This document shows, piece after piece, positions 14,020-43,694 of a stretch of 64,000 nt of DNA; positions within the stretch are counted from its first letter, which is position 1, and each line of letters begins with the position of its first letter. A model generated the notes under the pieces. That model was not told the origin of the DNA and did not search any database. It saw nothing but the letters and a program-made list of their open reading frames with translations. The translations under genes and the position numbers were made by a program. Source of the stretch: Amoebidium appalachense. Its lineage: Eukaryota > Protista > Ichthyosporea. Location of the stretch: positions 270,344 through 334,343 of the forward strand of contig CAVNZM010000001.1 in the NCBI GenBank assembly GCA_963693365.1, written 5' to 3'.

Positions 14020-14683
14020 CAGATACCGTCCTCGAATAAGAACCTCCGCCAATAAGATTTCGCCCCCGGCAAAATCGGGGTTTTTTAAGATTCTGCCCCC
14101 CGGCCAGTTTCCCGGTTGATCTTATTGGTGGACGGATGAATAAATCATCCTGCTGTACGTATGGATACCACCCTAGTAGATAAGTCTGTATGGTGCTCTG
14201 ATGTTGATATTGCCTGGGAAGTTGTGCAGTGGCGCTCTAATTCTTGTTTTCATCGCCGCTGGTGCCACTTTTGTGCTGAACTTTTTAATCGCAAGCATGT
14301 TGATAGGTGTGAGTTTTTATGTCGCGTTTTACCTCTTTCCCTACGGGTGTCTGCTACACTAGCTGGCAATGTGAACACTTTAGACTTTTTGTTGAATTCT
14401 GTTGGTCGTCACATTGAGTATTTATATGATTTTCACACAGTGTTCAGGTATCTCAGTATGCACTAGTTACTGGATAACTCGTGAAGTTTTTATTGTCTTC
14501 TCAGTATGCCGTGCATACTTGCATATCTTTCCGTCGAATAAATCCAGTCAAAAGAAAAAAGAATAATAAAAAAATCATACTGAGTGGGCCTCGCCGTTAA
14601 GATTTTGACCCCGACCCCCCCAAAAAATTTAAGATTCCGCCACCCGGCCATTTTGGGGGGTTCTTATTCGCGGACGGTATCTG
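14020..14683. mobile_element. Tc1/mariner(pogo)-type MITE carrying a nested LINE fragment
   Basis: 28-bp TIR CAGATACCGTCC(T/G)CGAATAAGAACC(T/C)CC with TA TSD at 14018-14019 and 14684-14685. Internal TAAGATT..CCCGGC subterminal repeats. Confidence 0.85.
14149..14571 (+). mobile_element. 5'-truncated LINE 3' fragment of the same family as 13556-14885, inserted in the MITE
   Basis: Inverted homologue of 13556-13975, with many third-position differences and an in-frame 6-bp indel. It has AATAAA plus an A-rich tail and a candidate TSD AAATCAT at 14142-14148 and 14572-14578. Confidence 0.75.
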
Positions 14684-15626
14684 TACGGTATTGCCTAAGG
14701 AACATAACACATGCAGACTGAGTTTTACCATGAACCTCTTTCTCAGAGTGAACATTAACAAAGGGGTTTATTTCATCTGTATCAAGATGTACAAATCCAT
14801 GCATATGAGACAAATGTGTTTCCGGATTAGCCAGAGGGAGTGGCCAATAAAGTGCAATGATCCTGTAGAATTTAGTACTACAAATTCACACGTACACCCG
14901 ATAGTAAACATTTAAAGATCACAGTGTGTGCAAAATCAGCACATATTGCCCGGGGGTGAAGGGGAAGTCAACGACCGTTAGTATCCGAGTAATTTTCAAC
15001 ATTCACATCTGGTGCTCTACCCAACACAAGTAACTCCTGTGTAATGAGCAATTTTGAACCCATAGCTACAGTCTGGGTCACAACCTTTGAATCAATGTCT
15101 TTAATACGTAGCTATAGACTTACAGCATGTCGAGAATAGGAACAGGATGGACAGAGCAACTGGACATGGCATTGCTAGGGGCCCATCGGTGCAATGCAAC
15201 ACCATACGAGCCCAGATCATAGGGAATGTGCACTAAAGGTATACTGCGTGCATGTGTGTGTTTTTGGGTACATGTGCGTATATGTCCGTTCTTTGTGCGT
15301 GTGTAGGTGCTGCACGAAGTTGCACGTGCCAGTGAGTTCGTGTGTGCTATAAATCAGGCTGGATGCGAATTACAGTGCCTAAGCACATGCGTACATTTAT
15401 AGGGTTTGTAAGGCCATGGCCATGGCGTGAATAGTGATTCTGTAACAGAAATCACCCGTAAATCACGGCCCACAGCCCAGAAACATGTGTCTCATCCCCC
15501 AGTCATACATCAACAAGAATGTCACAGACAACATCTTCGAGAAAAAACTACAACGGCCACAAAGAAAGCTAAGAGACAAAGTATAAATGCAACCACAGGG
15601 CTTTGTGTTGGAGGCTCCGCCATAGT

Positions 15627-32276
<16,650 letters not shown>

Positions 32277-32857
32277 GTTGTACGGATACCTCCGGGCGCC
32301 CTCAAATTGCCTACAGCCAGGCCACCATATGTCAGCAAGCTATACAAAGGTACTTGCGTTTGACAATACCCAAAGCCTTCTTTCACTATTCACTACCTTA
32401 TGTGGTCTGAATGATGCATATATGCGCCAACTTTTTGGCGCGAACAGGCAAAAAACAACTTGCTTCAAATCTACGAGATAGGTGACTTTTTCATCGTGCT
32501 GATATATCATCATTAGTGTAGTCCCTTGTTTCTTGCCATACTATGTGACTCCGTAGATGCTGTGTTCTTTTTATAATGTGTTCTTTTTTCTATGTAAGCT
32601 GTCTAATAATTGTGCGTTGCGTACAAACAGCTTCTAAATAATCTTTATAGATAGAGGGGTATTTCTAGCAAGAATATCTCTTTTTTCTTAGCTGAAGTAC
32701 ACTGAGTTTCTTCCGGTCAGTCTCTTCCGCAGCTGCATGCATATGCAAAAACTGCAAAAACATCGACCCTACGAATACTGTGATAGTACCACTACTTCGA
32801 CAATATGGCACAGGAAGTGCGTACCTCTGGCTTTTTACTACTTCATGCGCATTGCGC

Positions 32858-32896
<39 letters not shown>

Positions 32897-34232
32897 ACCA
32901 ACCCACCCACCCACCCACCCTTTCTCTCCCTCTCACCCTCGCCCCCACCCACCCCTCCCTCCCTTCCTCCCTCCCTCCCTCCCTCCCTCCCTCCCTTTCT
33001 CCCGCCCTCCCTCCCTCCCTCTCTCTCTCCCTCTCTCCCTCCCTCCCTGACTCTCTTTCTTTCTCTCTCTCTCTCTCTCTCTCTCTCCCTCTCCCCTCTC
33101 TCTCTCTCCCCCCCCCCCCCCCCCCCACCACCACCACCACCCCCTCTCTCTCTTTCTTTCTCTTTTTCTCTCTTCCCTCACCCCCTCAGCTCCCTTCGCC
33201 GTCTCTCCCCCTCCCACTCCGGTCACACCCCCCCCCCCCCCCCCCCCCCCCCCCCGCCCCCCCCTTTCTCTCTCCCTCTCCTCCCCTCGTCCCCCCTCCC
33301 CTTCCCCTCCCCCTCCCCCCCCCCCCCCCCCCCGCTCCCCCTCTCTCTCCCGCTTAGAACCCCGTGAAAAGAACAACGAACCCACACATACATCCCCCCG
33401 ACAAGTCGAACAAAACAGCAAGCAGACACCTGCATCTGCCCCACCCCTACTGAACCATGACCACCACTGCAACCACCTCCACCACCACATCCTACCACCA
33501 CCTGCCTTCCGCTAGCCGAAGTCTACTGCAGGAGTTTTGCCAATAGCCTCACCCATAAGCCTGCCCAAACTGCCTCTTTTTATAGGGACCACTCTTTTCC
33601 TCAGTCAGGGCATTCACACTGCTCACACAAGCTACACACCCCTGCAAGCACTATCTCTGAAGCTACAAACACCCGTGGTCGTTCGCAAGGATTGATTCTA
33701 ATCTCTTGCTGCTTTGGAGTGGCACACGGACACGTTAGCAGAGCTGGGATCCAAACTTGCACAAGCGAGCACGCACACGATAACAACCGCTGTGCACACC
33801 AACCTGCACGACATACACTCAGCATTGTTTTTGCGCGGTGAAAAACACAACCATAGCCCTTGAAGGAGTAAAGGCTGCACACATGGGTTTAGGCGTGAAG
33901 AACCACAAAGAAGACCACACACTCAAGCCCAGGTTCAACAGTTGGGAATTCTTCCGGCTACCGCAGCTAGCTGCTTAATGCTCCAACCTTCATAGTAACT
34001 TCACCTCTACCTCCACAGCGCGAACTACCGCCGCCTCGTCTCTGCTGCGGCGAGCACGGGTATGCAAATTTCAACCCTGCCCCGGGCTCCCTCCCCTTAC
34101 CCCCCCCCCCCAAGCCCCCTCCCCCAGCCCCTCTCCCCTTCCCTTTTCGGACGAATGCTGCATTTTTGGGGGGGTGGGGTTTGCGTAGGAGGTTTTTTAG
34201 TTTACTTTTTTTTTTGTTGTTGTTGTTGTTGG

Positions 34233-34267
<35 letters not shown>

Positions 34268-34421
34268 GGGGGGCTGGGCTTTGTAATGACGTTGGCAGTG
34301 CTACAGAAACCAAACACACATGATTGCATACTGAATGTGGTAGGTACACAGACATTGCATGTGCAGAGGGGATCATTGCGATTCTATTGGCCGCTCCCTC
34401 TAGCCATTCCGGAAACACAAC

Positions 34422-34549
34422 ATGGACCCCATGGATATGTACATATACAAATGAAATGCACCCCGTTGTTGATTCCAACCACAAAAACTAGTAACACCGG
34501 CATGAGCTAGAACCAAAAAAAAAAGTGGGGGAAAGAAAACTTGCCTTTG

Positions 34550-34585
<36 letters not shown>

Positions 34586-37370
34586 GGGGGGGCATGGTAT
34601 GTGTGAAACTGGTAAGGCAGTGTTCCCTGCCTCCATCTTTCCTGCCTCTTTCACCTGTCCAACCGTCCCTCCCTTCCCTCATTCCTCGACCCTTCCCCTT
34701 CCCCCCTCCCTCCCCTCTCTCTCCCACTCTCTATTTTTTTTGTGGGTGGACGGGTGGCTGTGGGTGTGGGTGTGTTGTGGTTTCATTTTCTTTCCCTCAT
34801 TCTCCCTTTCCCAACTCTCCCTCACCTACACACCCCCATCCTACCCCCCCCCAACCTACTTGTAACTGCGCGATAAAAGTAAGAGAAAGGCGATATGTCA
34901 AAGAGGGTACCAATGGGAGACCGGGTGCTTGTGGATGGGTGTGGGGGGGCGGGAAGGGAATGTTGGGGAGGGACGGAGGGGGGGGAGGGGGGGGGGGGGG
35001 GAAGGGGGCGGGTGGAAGGGGGGCATCAAGCAGCCCGAAAAGCAATGATGTGTGTTGATGTTTATTTTTCCCAGGTCATTTGCACACAAGACTGCCCGGG
35101 AGAGGCACCCGGCCATCATCACGGTGTTGATTGACCATCTTAGTCGCAGGCAGTTTGATTTGGCCGACGGACAGGAACGGGTACGTTCTACAGTTTCTGG
35201 TCCACCCCCCACACATCCCCCACGGTGCACCTCCACCCCCCTGCGCACCTCCACCACCGTATTTGTGTCAACACACGTGCTAGTTTCAATACGCGTATTC
35301 ACACGTGGCTCCGTTTACTCAAGTTCATGTACTTGGTGCTGAATTCGAAACCTTGCAGCTCTGCCCCCCCTTCCTTGGCTTCATTTTTGGTTATTTCTTT
35401 GAGGAACAGATGCAGCTCCAGGCAAAACAACATGTGTGGTGGTTTGTGCACCACTTGCTTTGCAATTTTCTTAGGTACACTTGTTTGGCATTTCATGTTG
35501 GGTGCTTGTGCTTGATAATGATGTATGATGGCCCATGTGTATACTCTAAGCAGTTGCGTAATGTGACATGTGCGACATGGGCAATAACGGGGGGAGGGGG
35601 GGGGGGGGGGGGGTTGCTTTCCGGATGCATGGTTATCGCGTCTTTTCTTCTTTCCATCCTCATCATTACTATTGTCATCTCTTCCTATTTCCTTTTTCTC
35701 GATCTCTTTCCCTCTTTCCCCCTGTTTTTCTCCTCTCTGAAAGGAGGGGGAGGGGGGGGGGGGGGGGGAGCGCTAATGGGGTGGTGTGATATCAGGAGGA
35801 CGGCAAAAGGGCCATAGCGCGGCTATCGCACCTCAAGTACTGCCTGTGGACAAACAAGCCGATCGAGCAGATATGTGATGATGCACCAGATGCAGACGTG
35901 TGGAAGACAGACATAGATACGGTGGGTACCTAATGCGGTTTGCAATGGGGTGTGGCTATTGGTTGAGGAGTACTTTGTTTGATATGATGGTGCAGTGAGG
36001 GTCGATTGACGTGGTAGTTCTATGTACCAGGTGTTTTTACGATAGGGAGCCCCTACGTTTAATGTTTACCCACGTTAGCACACTGCCCCTAACAGTTCTT
36101 TCCATAGGCACGGGTGATTTCTCCGGGCACATACACACACACTGGCTTCCCCTCGTTCGCTCTCTGCATAAAATTCATTTTAATTTTGACACACGTACTC
36201 GTTGACGCATTAAGACCACATTCCCCTCCACAAAACCAATCTTACCCTATTGCTGACGTACATGGTACTTGATGTTTGATGTGTCTAATCAATGACGGCT
36301 TGTTCTGACGACCATAAGCTACAGCGCCCTATTTGGCTTAGCCTCTTAGCCTGCGATACAATATCACAATATCTAAGCATTAGGCTTCTTGTCTAATCAA
36401 TCCCTTGCAGATAGCTGAACGATTTGGTGAGCACGCCACGTACTTTGGTGTGCCTTGGCTCTTTGAGGAATGCTATCTCTATCGCCGCATTAGGGAGTCT
36501 CTATGGCTCTCTCCATCCCTGCGCACATTCGACCCGTTTGCTGTGCAAAAGGAGGAGGCATGGAGGACTGGGTTGGAGACGTCGGTGGAGTTGGGACAAA
36601 GGTGGGTGGGTGTGTGGGTGGGCGGGCGTGGCTGTCGGTGTGGGTGTGGGTGTGGGTGATGTAGGGGAGGGGGGGGGAGGGGGGGGGGGGGGGGGGGACA
36701 TGGAAGTAGAATCGTATGGAAGGATTATTAGACATTGGTGTGAAACGGATGGATATGCCCCCGCGCGGGGGGGGGGGGGGGGGGTAGAGCTAGTGCAACG
36801 CTCATGAAGTGACCTGAAAGTTGAAGGAAAACAAGAGCCACTAAAACAGAACGCGTAAAGAGGGATGAAAACGGCTCAAGTCTCATTGCTACGGTGGGGA
36901 GGCAGGTCCCGGGGCGGTCGGGCGACGGGGAGGGAGGGGGGAGAGAAGGGGAATTTGAAAAGTAAATCGAATAGGCGGATGTGTGGCAGGCAGTGTGTAT
37001 GTGTCTGTGTGTTTGTTTGGGGGGGAGGGGGAAAGGATGTGTTCCTCCCCGAATGTATGATATACTGATTAATGTGTTACATGCATACAGGTTGGAGGAG
37101 TTAGGCATTGAATACAGCAATGAGACGCTGTCACTGCTGGTGCAGGTGGCGCTGTGGGGCAATAAGAGTGACCTGTCCCTGTTTAGGCACATAGAGGGCC
37201 ACACACACAACACCCTGCACACAGCTCATGCTAGCAGCAGTATACTCGTTGATGACTCAGAAAGGTGGGCTTGGACTCCGTCAAGCTATTGGGATTGCCC
37301 ACCCCAGAGGAGAGATGGGGGTTTGTTTGTTTGTTTTTTTTTCGTTTTTTTGCTTTTTGGTGGTGGTGGT

Positions 37371-37435
<65 letters not shown>

Positions 37436-37501
37436 CTCACACACTCGATCTCCGACACAGGCATCTCTTAGCACTCTCTGTTTGTGTTTTCATGTCACAC
37501 G

Positions 37502-37576
<75 letters not shown>

Positions 37577-38359
37577 ACACCATCCCTGCTTGTACTACTG
37601 CTTCAGTACGAGGTAACTCTCAAGTACTCGTAGTCTTTTTCCTGTTTCCCCCCTTCGTGTCTCTTCTTCATATTATTTTTGTTTGTCTGTGTTAGGCAAT
37701 TTTCTTCGGTAGAAGTCCGGTTTATACCCCACTTGTCTGCTGGGATTTTGGCTACTTGGTGTGTTCCTATTTGTGACGGTGGTGTACAAAAGACTCTTTA
37801 ATGACCTTGCGCGCATTTGGCCAGAGGGTTTTGCGTGCAGGACGCCATGGAGCTAAAGGATGGGTTGGGAACAAGGAGCAGGAACATATAGAGCTTTTTT
37901 CTGGGTGCATAGGAATCCCCATAGTGAGGGTCCTATCAAGTGTCTCTTGCATGCGCTGTGGACGTCGCAACTCTCCTGTTTATATTCTTTCGTTCTTAAG
38001 CAGACCCCCCCCCCCCCCCCCCCCCCCCCCCCGCACGGAGAGAGCCTCTTCCCTTCCTCACCTGCTTCCCTTCTTTGCCATGCTCTGCGATTTTTTCATT
38101 TTCTTAAATACTTCCTGTGCCTCCCCCGTGACCGGCCCCGTTCCCTCTGCACCCTTACTGAGCCAGCAAACACTCCTCGCAGACTATCACAATGTGTGAG
38201 TGCACTGAGAGGCCATCGGTCGCGCATCGACATAATATTGGACAATGCCGCATTCGAACTATTCACGGACCTGTGCCTAGCTGGTGTGTGCCTACCCCTC
38301 CTCCTCTCCCCTCCCCCTCTCCCCTCCCCCTCTCCCCTCCCCCTCCCCCCCCTCCCCCC

Positions 38360-38407
<48 letters not shown>

Positions 38408-39366
38408 ACAAGCAAGAGATTGGGAGGGAGGGGGGAGGGAGGGGGGAGAAGGGGGGGGAGGGGGGATCGGCAATCACGCCCTCCCCCCCATCCCCCCCCC
38501 CCCCCCCCCTCCCCCCTCCCCCCTCCCTGCCCCAACACCCTTGGGCCTATTGTGAAAATGTACATGTGCCCCCATGGAGGTCAGCGACTTATTACCTCTA
38601 CATGGCAATGGAGATACAACAAACAGAAGTGTAGTGAATTTAAAAACGCTGACAGATTTCATACAATGGAGGAGGATTAACAGAGTGGGTGTGTCATACG
38701 TGAGAATATCCAAAACCAGAAGTAATAGGAGAAGATATGTTACACCAGAGTTCCCTGCACGATGGTATACAAGGTGCGGCATGCAATGTGTATCCACAAG
38801 CAGCACCAATCACACAGATTTGTGGACAGGGTATGCTATTCACTATGACAACTAATATTATTCTTCTTCCACCAGATTGGCTGGTTCGTTCCGGGTGCTG
38901 TTCCGAAGTTGTGCTGCACGTCAAGAATTATGGGTGGTTTGTGAGTGACGCCACATCGCAAGATGTTCATTGGCTGATCGAGCAGATGAAAGGGAATAAG
39001 GAACCTTTAAGTACTATGGCAGAGAGGTGGTCTGCGCATATTGAGAATGGTGCATGGACTATACGGTAGGTAGCCGTTTTTTTTTTTCAAGATATGTTTT
39101 GGATTGTGCAAAACACACACACACACGTACACGCGTTGCGGGTAATGGGTGAAAGTTCGGTGTGATTGTATACTGTTCAGAACAATTGTTCTTGCATGTG
39201 TCCTCTTATGCCTGTAAATGGAGCACATGTTGTCCTTTTGTAAGTGTCGCCATGCCTGGGTGAGTATGTGTGCACACGTTGTTTTGGTGTTGGTGCACAT
39301 GTGATATATGTGCGCCGGGACAGGGACTGAGGCATCCGAGGGGATGGTTGGGAGGTGGGGGAGGAA

Positions 39367-39407
<41 letters not shown>

Positions 39408-39421
39408 GTGGGTCTCGTGTG

Positions 39422-39480
<59 letters not shown>

Positions 39481-40419
39481 GTGTGCGTGTGTGTGTGTGT
39501 GTGTGCGTGTGTGTGTGTGTGCGCGCGCGTGCGCGCGTATGCGCGCGCGAGTGTGTACTCACGTTCGTGCATGAATGCGTGCGTGCGTGCGTGCGAGATG
39601 TGTGCTTGCATGCATGTGTGCGTGCGTGTGGGCGTGTATTTGTTTATGTTTAGGTGTGTGGGGGGGGGAGTAAATAGTAGGTGGGAGATGTGAGTGTGCA
39701 TGTGTTTTGTTTTGGGGAGTGTGTGGATGTACACTTGCGTAGATGGGGGAAAGGGATTTTGAATTTCACAGAGGGGAGGGGCGGGGGGGGGGGGGGGAGG
39801 GGGGGGGGGGGAGGGGGGGGGGGGGGGGGGTGATAAGACAAACCCAGCTAATTGGCAGCTAAGAAGCAATAAGAAGGCAAGCGCCAATATCTGGATTGGA
39901 CGACTGGGGAGGAGTGGGCGACAGATGCCTGTGTATAATTGGCTAGCGGTCACGTGTTGACAGATGCACACAGTGAGCACTGGTTCTGGACCACGTGGCA
40001 CGACTATGCAGCCATGGGCGACAGGGCACACGACCTGTACGCTGACCTGCAGGGGAGTGCGCTGGTGCTGCTCAAGGGTGACCTGAACTACAGAAAGCTA
40101 CTGGGGGATAGGTGGGTGGCGGTGGTAGGCATGCACACAAATGCGACCGTAGACAAGGCGCATAGGCGCGCGCGCACACACACACACACGCACAAGCACA
40201 CACGCACACACACACACACACGCATTTACGCACACAGCAGACACACACATCGGGAAACAGCAGGGAAACCCATGTAAGGGCGGCCTGGTTTGGAACATGT
40301 AAAGCAAGCAGACACCGTGTACCGACCGCGATGCATCGGCATGCATCCGCACGTGTTCGTACACACACAAAAACACGTGCACACATGCACATACACATGA
40401 GCGCGCGCACGCACACCCA

Positions 40420-40463
<44 letters not shown>

Positions 40464-40477
40464 TCCTCCCGCATACG

Positions 40478-40543
<66 letters not shown>

Positions 40544-40831
40544 TCCCCTCGCATACGCACATACACATACACATACACATACACATACGCACACACACAC
40601 ACGTGCTTCACTGACCCATGTTAACCACACAGGCACTGGCCTTACGACACGGCATTTGCCAAAGCATTGGGTGCATTTCACCCTTCCCCGCTCTGTGCTC
40701 TGCGGACCAATAAGGCGGAACTGATTGTGGGTGTGCCGCTCTCATTGGCTGATGAGACCGCAAGGGCCCATCCTGATTGGCTGACGTCAGGAAACTTTGG
40801 GGTCATTCAATTTTTAGACCGTGTGCAATAG
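34422..40831 (+). CDS. ARMT1: DUF89 damage-control phosphatase ARMT1
   Basis: Exons: 34422-34438 (tentative), 35075-35180, 35796-35921, 36411-36601, 37091-37264, 38183-38283, 38876-39065, 39974-40111, 40633-40831 (TAG). Motifs: [87 protein letters not shown]. Confidence 0.95.
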
Positions 40832-40881
40832 GATTTGCACGTGGATTGTCACGGAGCTTGGGAGCCCCGTGCCCCTCCCCC

Positions 40882-40923
<42 letters not shown>

Positions 40924-40966
40924 CACCCCACCCACCCACCCACCCCCACCTCCCCGCTCCCACCTT

Positions 40967-41001
<35 letters not shown>

Positions 41002-41046
41002 TGCACACACACACAAACATGCACACACACACATGCACACACACAT

Positions 41047-41121
<75 letters not shown>

Positions 41122-42059
41122 AACACAAATAACGCTTCGGTTTGCCCAAGGTGTGTAGGTATGTGTGTGTGTGTTTTGGGGGGGGGGGGGGGGGGGGGGT
41201 AACACGAACGACAGTTGACCAGTTGAGAACACATCTTTTTTAAAGCTCTTCTTGTGTGGTTGGAAAATTTGGCACATTAGTGTGTGGAAGATTTCGAGTT
41301 TGGATCTGTGCTGTGCACAGGTCATTATTTAAGCATCACAGAGACTTGCCGTATTGATACAAATTAAGATAGCACGACTTATTGCTTCTGTTTGTTAAAG
41401 GGCCCACGCTAGTCAAGGTTAAGGTCTCGTTTAGGTCAATGAATATGTAGAGCCCCACCTGGTTTACGAATATGTGCATTTGTCAACCCGGATTATCATG
41501 AGCTGTGCTGCCTCATGATAAAGGTATGAAATATTGGGGTCGGTGTAAAGTCTTGTGGCACTGCCTTGAGCGTAGACGTTGGTGGCCAGCCGCAAAGCGC
41601 AGGATAAAATCGAGTGCACTGGTTGGGTTTTTCAATATACTGGGTGCCAATATGGAGGGCCAGCGCCTTACACGCGTATGGTGTGCCATCAAGAAATTCG
41701 GGCAACAAAGTTCAACGGAGGAGGATTATGGTCTATGTCGGCATTTCACGGCGTTACTTCAGCATGATGCCTGATGCCTGTGCTACATCATGGTGGCGAC
41801 GAGGTTTATAGTGGGCCTGGTGTATATATGGTGCAACCCCTTCTTTTTAGTTTGTGCGATCGACTTAAAAAGAAATTAAATCAAACCTTATAGGCTCCAT
41901 ACACCTGTGCATGTGGAGTTACTGAAAGCGGTTAGGGTGGAGGGTGACACGTGTTCAGATGTGCCTGTACAGTGTGTACCTGTTGTGTGTGCTCGTCCGT
42001 CTGTCCGTGTCCAGGTGTTGTACGTATGTGTACATAACCAACACAGCCTCCCCACCCCC

Positions 42060-42107
<48 letters not shown>

Positions 42108-42589
42108 TTCTCCCCAGCCCCGAAATGAATAGTAATATATATTTATTAAATAAAGAAAAAAATTAATAAAAAAAAACGAAAAAAAAACCAAAACAATCAA
42201 CAAAAAAAAACGATTACACATCCCACCCGGGCCCACAAGCTTAAGATGTTTCATGGGGGAAGAGCTACGGGGAGAAAGGGCGGGGGGGCAAGGGGGGGAA
42301 CTGCTGAGTGGAGGTACGTACCGCCAGGCCCATAAAAGGTGGGTTTCCCAAACCTATTCGCCAGTTGGGGGAATAGGGAGGTGATCATCGGGGGGGCCTG
42401 GGACCTTGTTGAACGGTAGCTACGTGTTTGCCTCCCCCCCTCCCCCCCCCCCCCCCCCCCCCCCCCCCGCTCCTCCGGGGGAGGGGGGAGGGGGTGGGGA
42501 CGTCGCAAAAATAAAAAACCTGGAGATAAAAATCGAACCATGAATTCATAATGAATAAGAAACGTGCAGGCAGATTCTGAAGACACTTG

Positions 42590-42735
42590 AACAGAGCCCA
42601 TCATCAGGCCCTGGGGGTTTCCTGGGCTTAATAGTATGACTCCACAAAAGAATTCGTGGTTAGAAGTTGAACTCATACTTTGCAAATTACCAGCAATAGG
42701 CAAGTCAACCCGTCTTGGCCAAAGGCAAGCAGTCT
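42590..42735 (-). repeat. Diverged member of the 1627/25402 repeat family
   Basis: Shares CAGAGCCCATC(C/A)TCAGG, AACTCA..ATACT and CCCGTCTTG..CA.AG.C.AGCAG blocks in the same order. Confidence 0.6.
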
Positions 42736-43661
42736 TAAACAACAAAGCCCACAATACCTACAAGCCGACGACATGAGGGCGGGAGAGGCGGAAGGGGAAG
42801 GGGGGAGGGGGGGGGGGGGGGGGGGGGAAGAGAGGAAGGGGAGAACAACGGAGCAATTTTTGATATTGTTCCCCAAATCTGCCCCCCTGCTAATATCTCC
42901 CCCCCCCCCCCCCCCCCCCTCCTCCCCTCCTCCCTTCCCCTCCCCTCTCCCCCCCCCTCCCCCCACCCAGCCACCCACCCACCCCCTCCGGCCCAACCCC
43001 GTTAGCGAAACCAAGAATCCCTGACTTGAACGAGGAAGTTACGGTTATCGTAACCCTATGCTAACATGCAACCAAAAGACCCCAAGAATCGGACTACATT
43101 AACTAACCTGCGGTAGTGTATGCCAATATTCCACAGGCGACGTGTACACAGTACTGTTTCAATTAGGGTGTTTGCAAGAAGGTGTTATATGTGTGATATA
43201 CCGGCATTGTTTGTTGATGGACACGGAACGGTTGGATCTTGACAAACCCGGTGTTCTTTTCCCACACAAGATACTGTACCAGTATAATATTCCATACAGG
43301 AGTCATCCACGACTCGGAAGTTCACTTGTAAGAGAATGAGTACTACATTTTTGGGGGGGAAATAAGGATCCTAGGTGCTACCCTGGCTGGGGGAGAAATA
43401 AGATAACGGGGGGGGGGGGGGGGGGGGGGGAGGGGGGGAGGGGGGGGGGGGGGGAGGTCTATGACTTCCCTGCATACGAAAAAAAAGTACAAGTGGAGCT
43501 GATAAAACTCAATGTCTTAATAGCTTGAAGTTCTTTCTAACACGGAAAAGTCAACCTGGGGTGTGTGTGTGTATGTGTGTGTGAGTGTGTGTGTGTGTGT
43601 GCGCGCACGCGCCTGCAGCGTGCACGCGCGTGCATGTGTGTCTGCGTTTGGGGGGAGGGGG

Positions 43662-43694
<33 letters not shown>

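Larger units (their letters stand above)
13556..14885 (-). mobile_element. 3' portion of a non-LTR retrotransposon (LINE) ORF, interrupted by a MITE; degenerate sequence may extend to ~15230
   Basis: Removing 14020-14683 plus one TA restores a 195-aa open frame: ..MFLRQYR|TDQYHSLGALAGSISPAVRMDTTLVDKSLW..VVQWRCN..WCHFCAELFNRKHIDRC..NTLGFLSN. This resembles the C-terminal WR..CxxC..RxH..C..LDxLLN region of fungal-type LINE RT proteins. It ends in AATAAA plus an A-rich tail at ~13556-13580. Confidence 0.75.

Noticed and set aside
32300-34300. Possible small gene, including a minus-strand frame with an in-frame TGA (..QAYG*GYW..) hinting at a selenoprotein
   Set aside because: No CxxU motif, no coherent exon chain and no recognisable homology; may be UTR or promoter sequence between divergent genes.
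36282-36401. 12-bp direct repeat TGTCTAATCAAT in an ARMT1 intron
   Set aside because: Could be a TSD or a duplicated branch site, but the enclosed sequence has no TIR or tail to support an element.
41496-41811. Cluster of short non-repetitive ORFs downstream of ARMT1
   Set aside because: No recognisable motif or splice-compatible structure.
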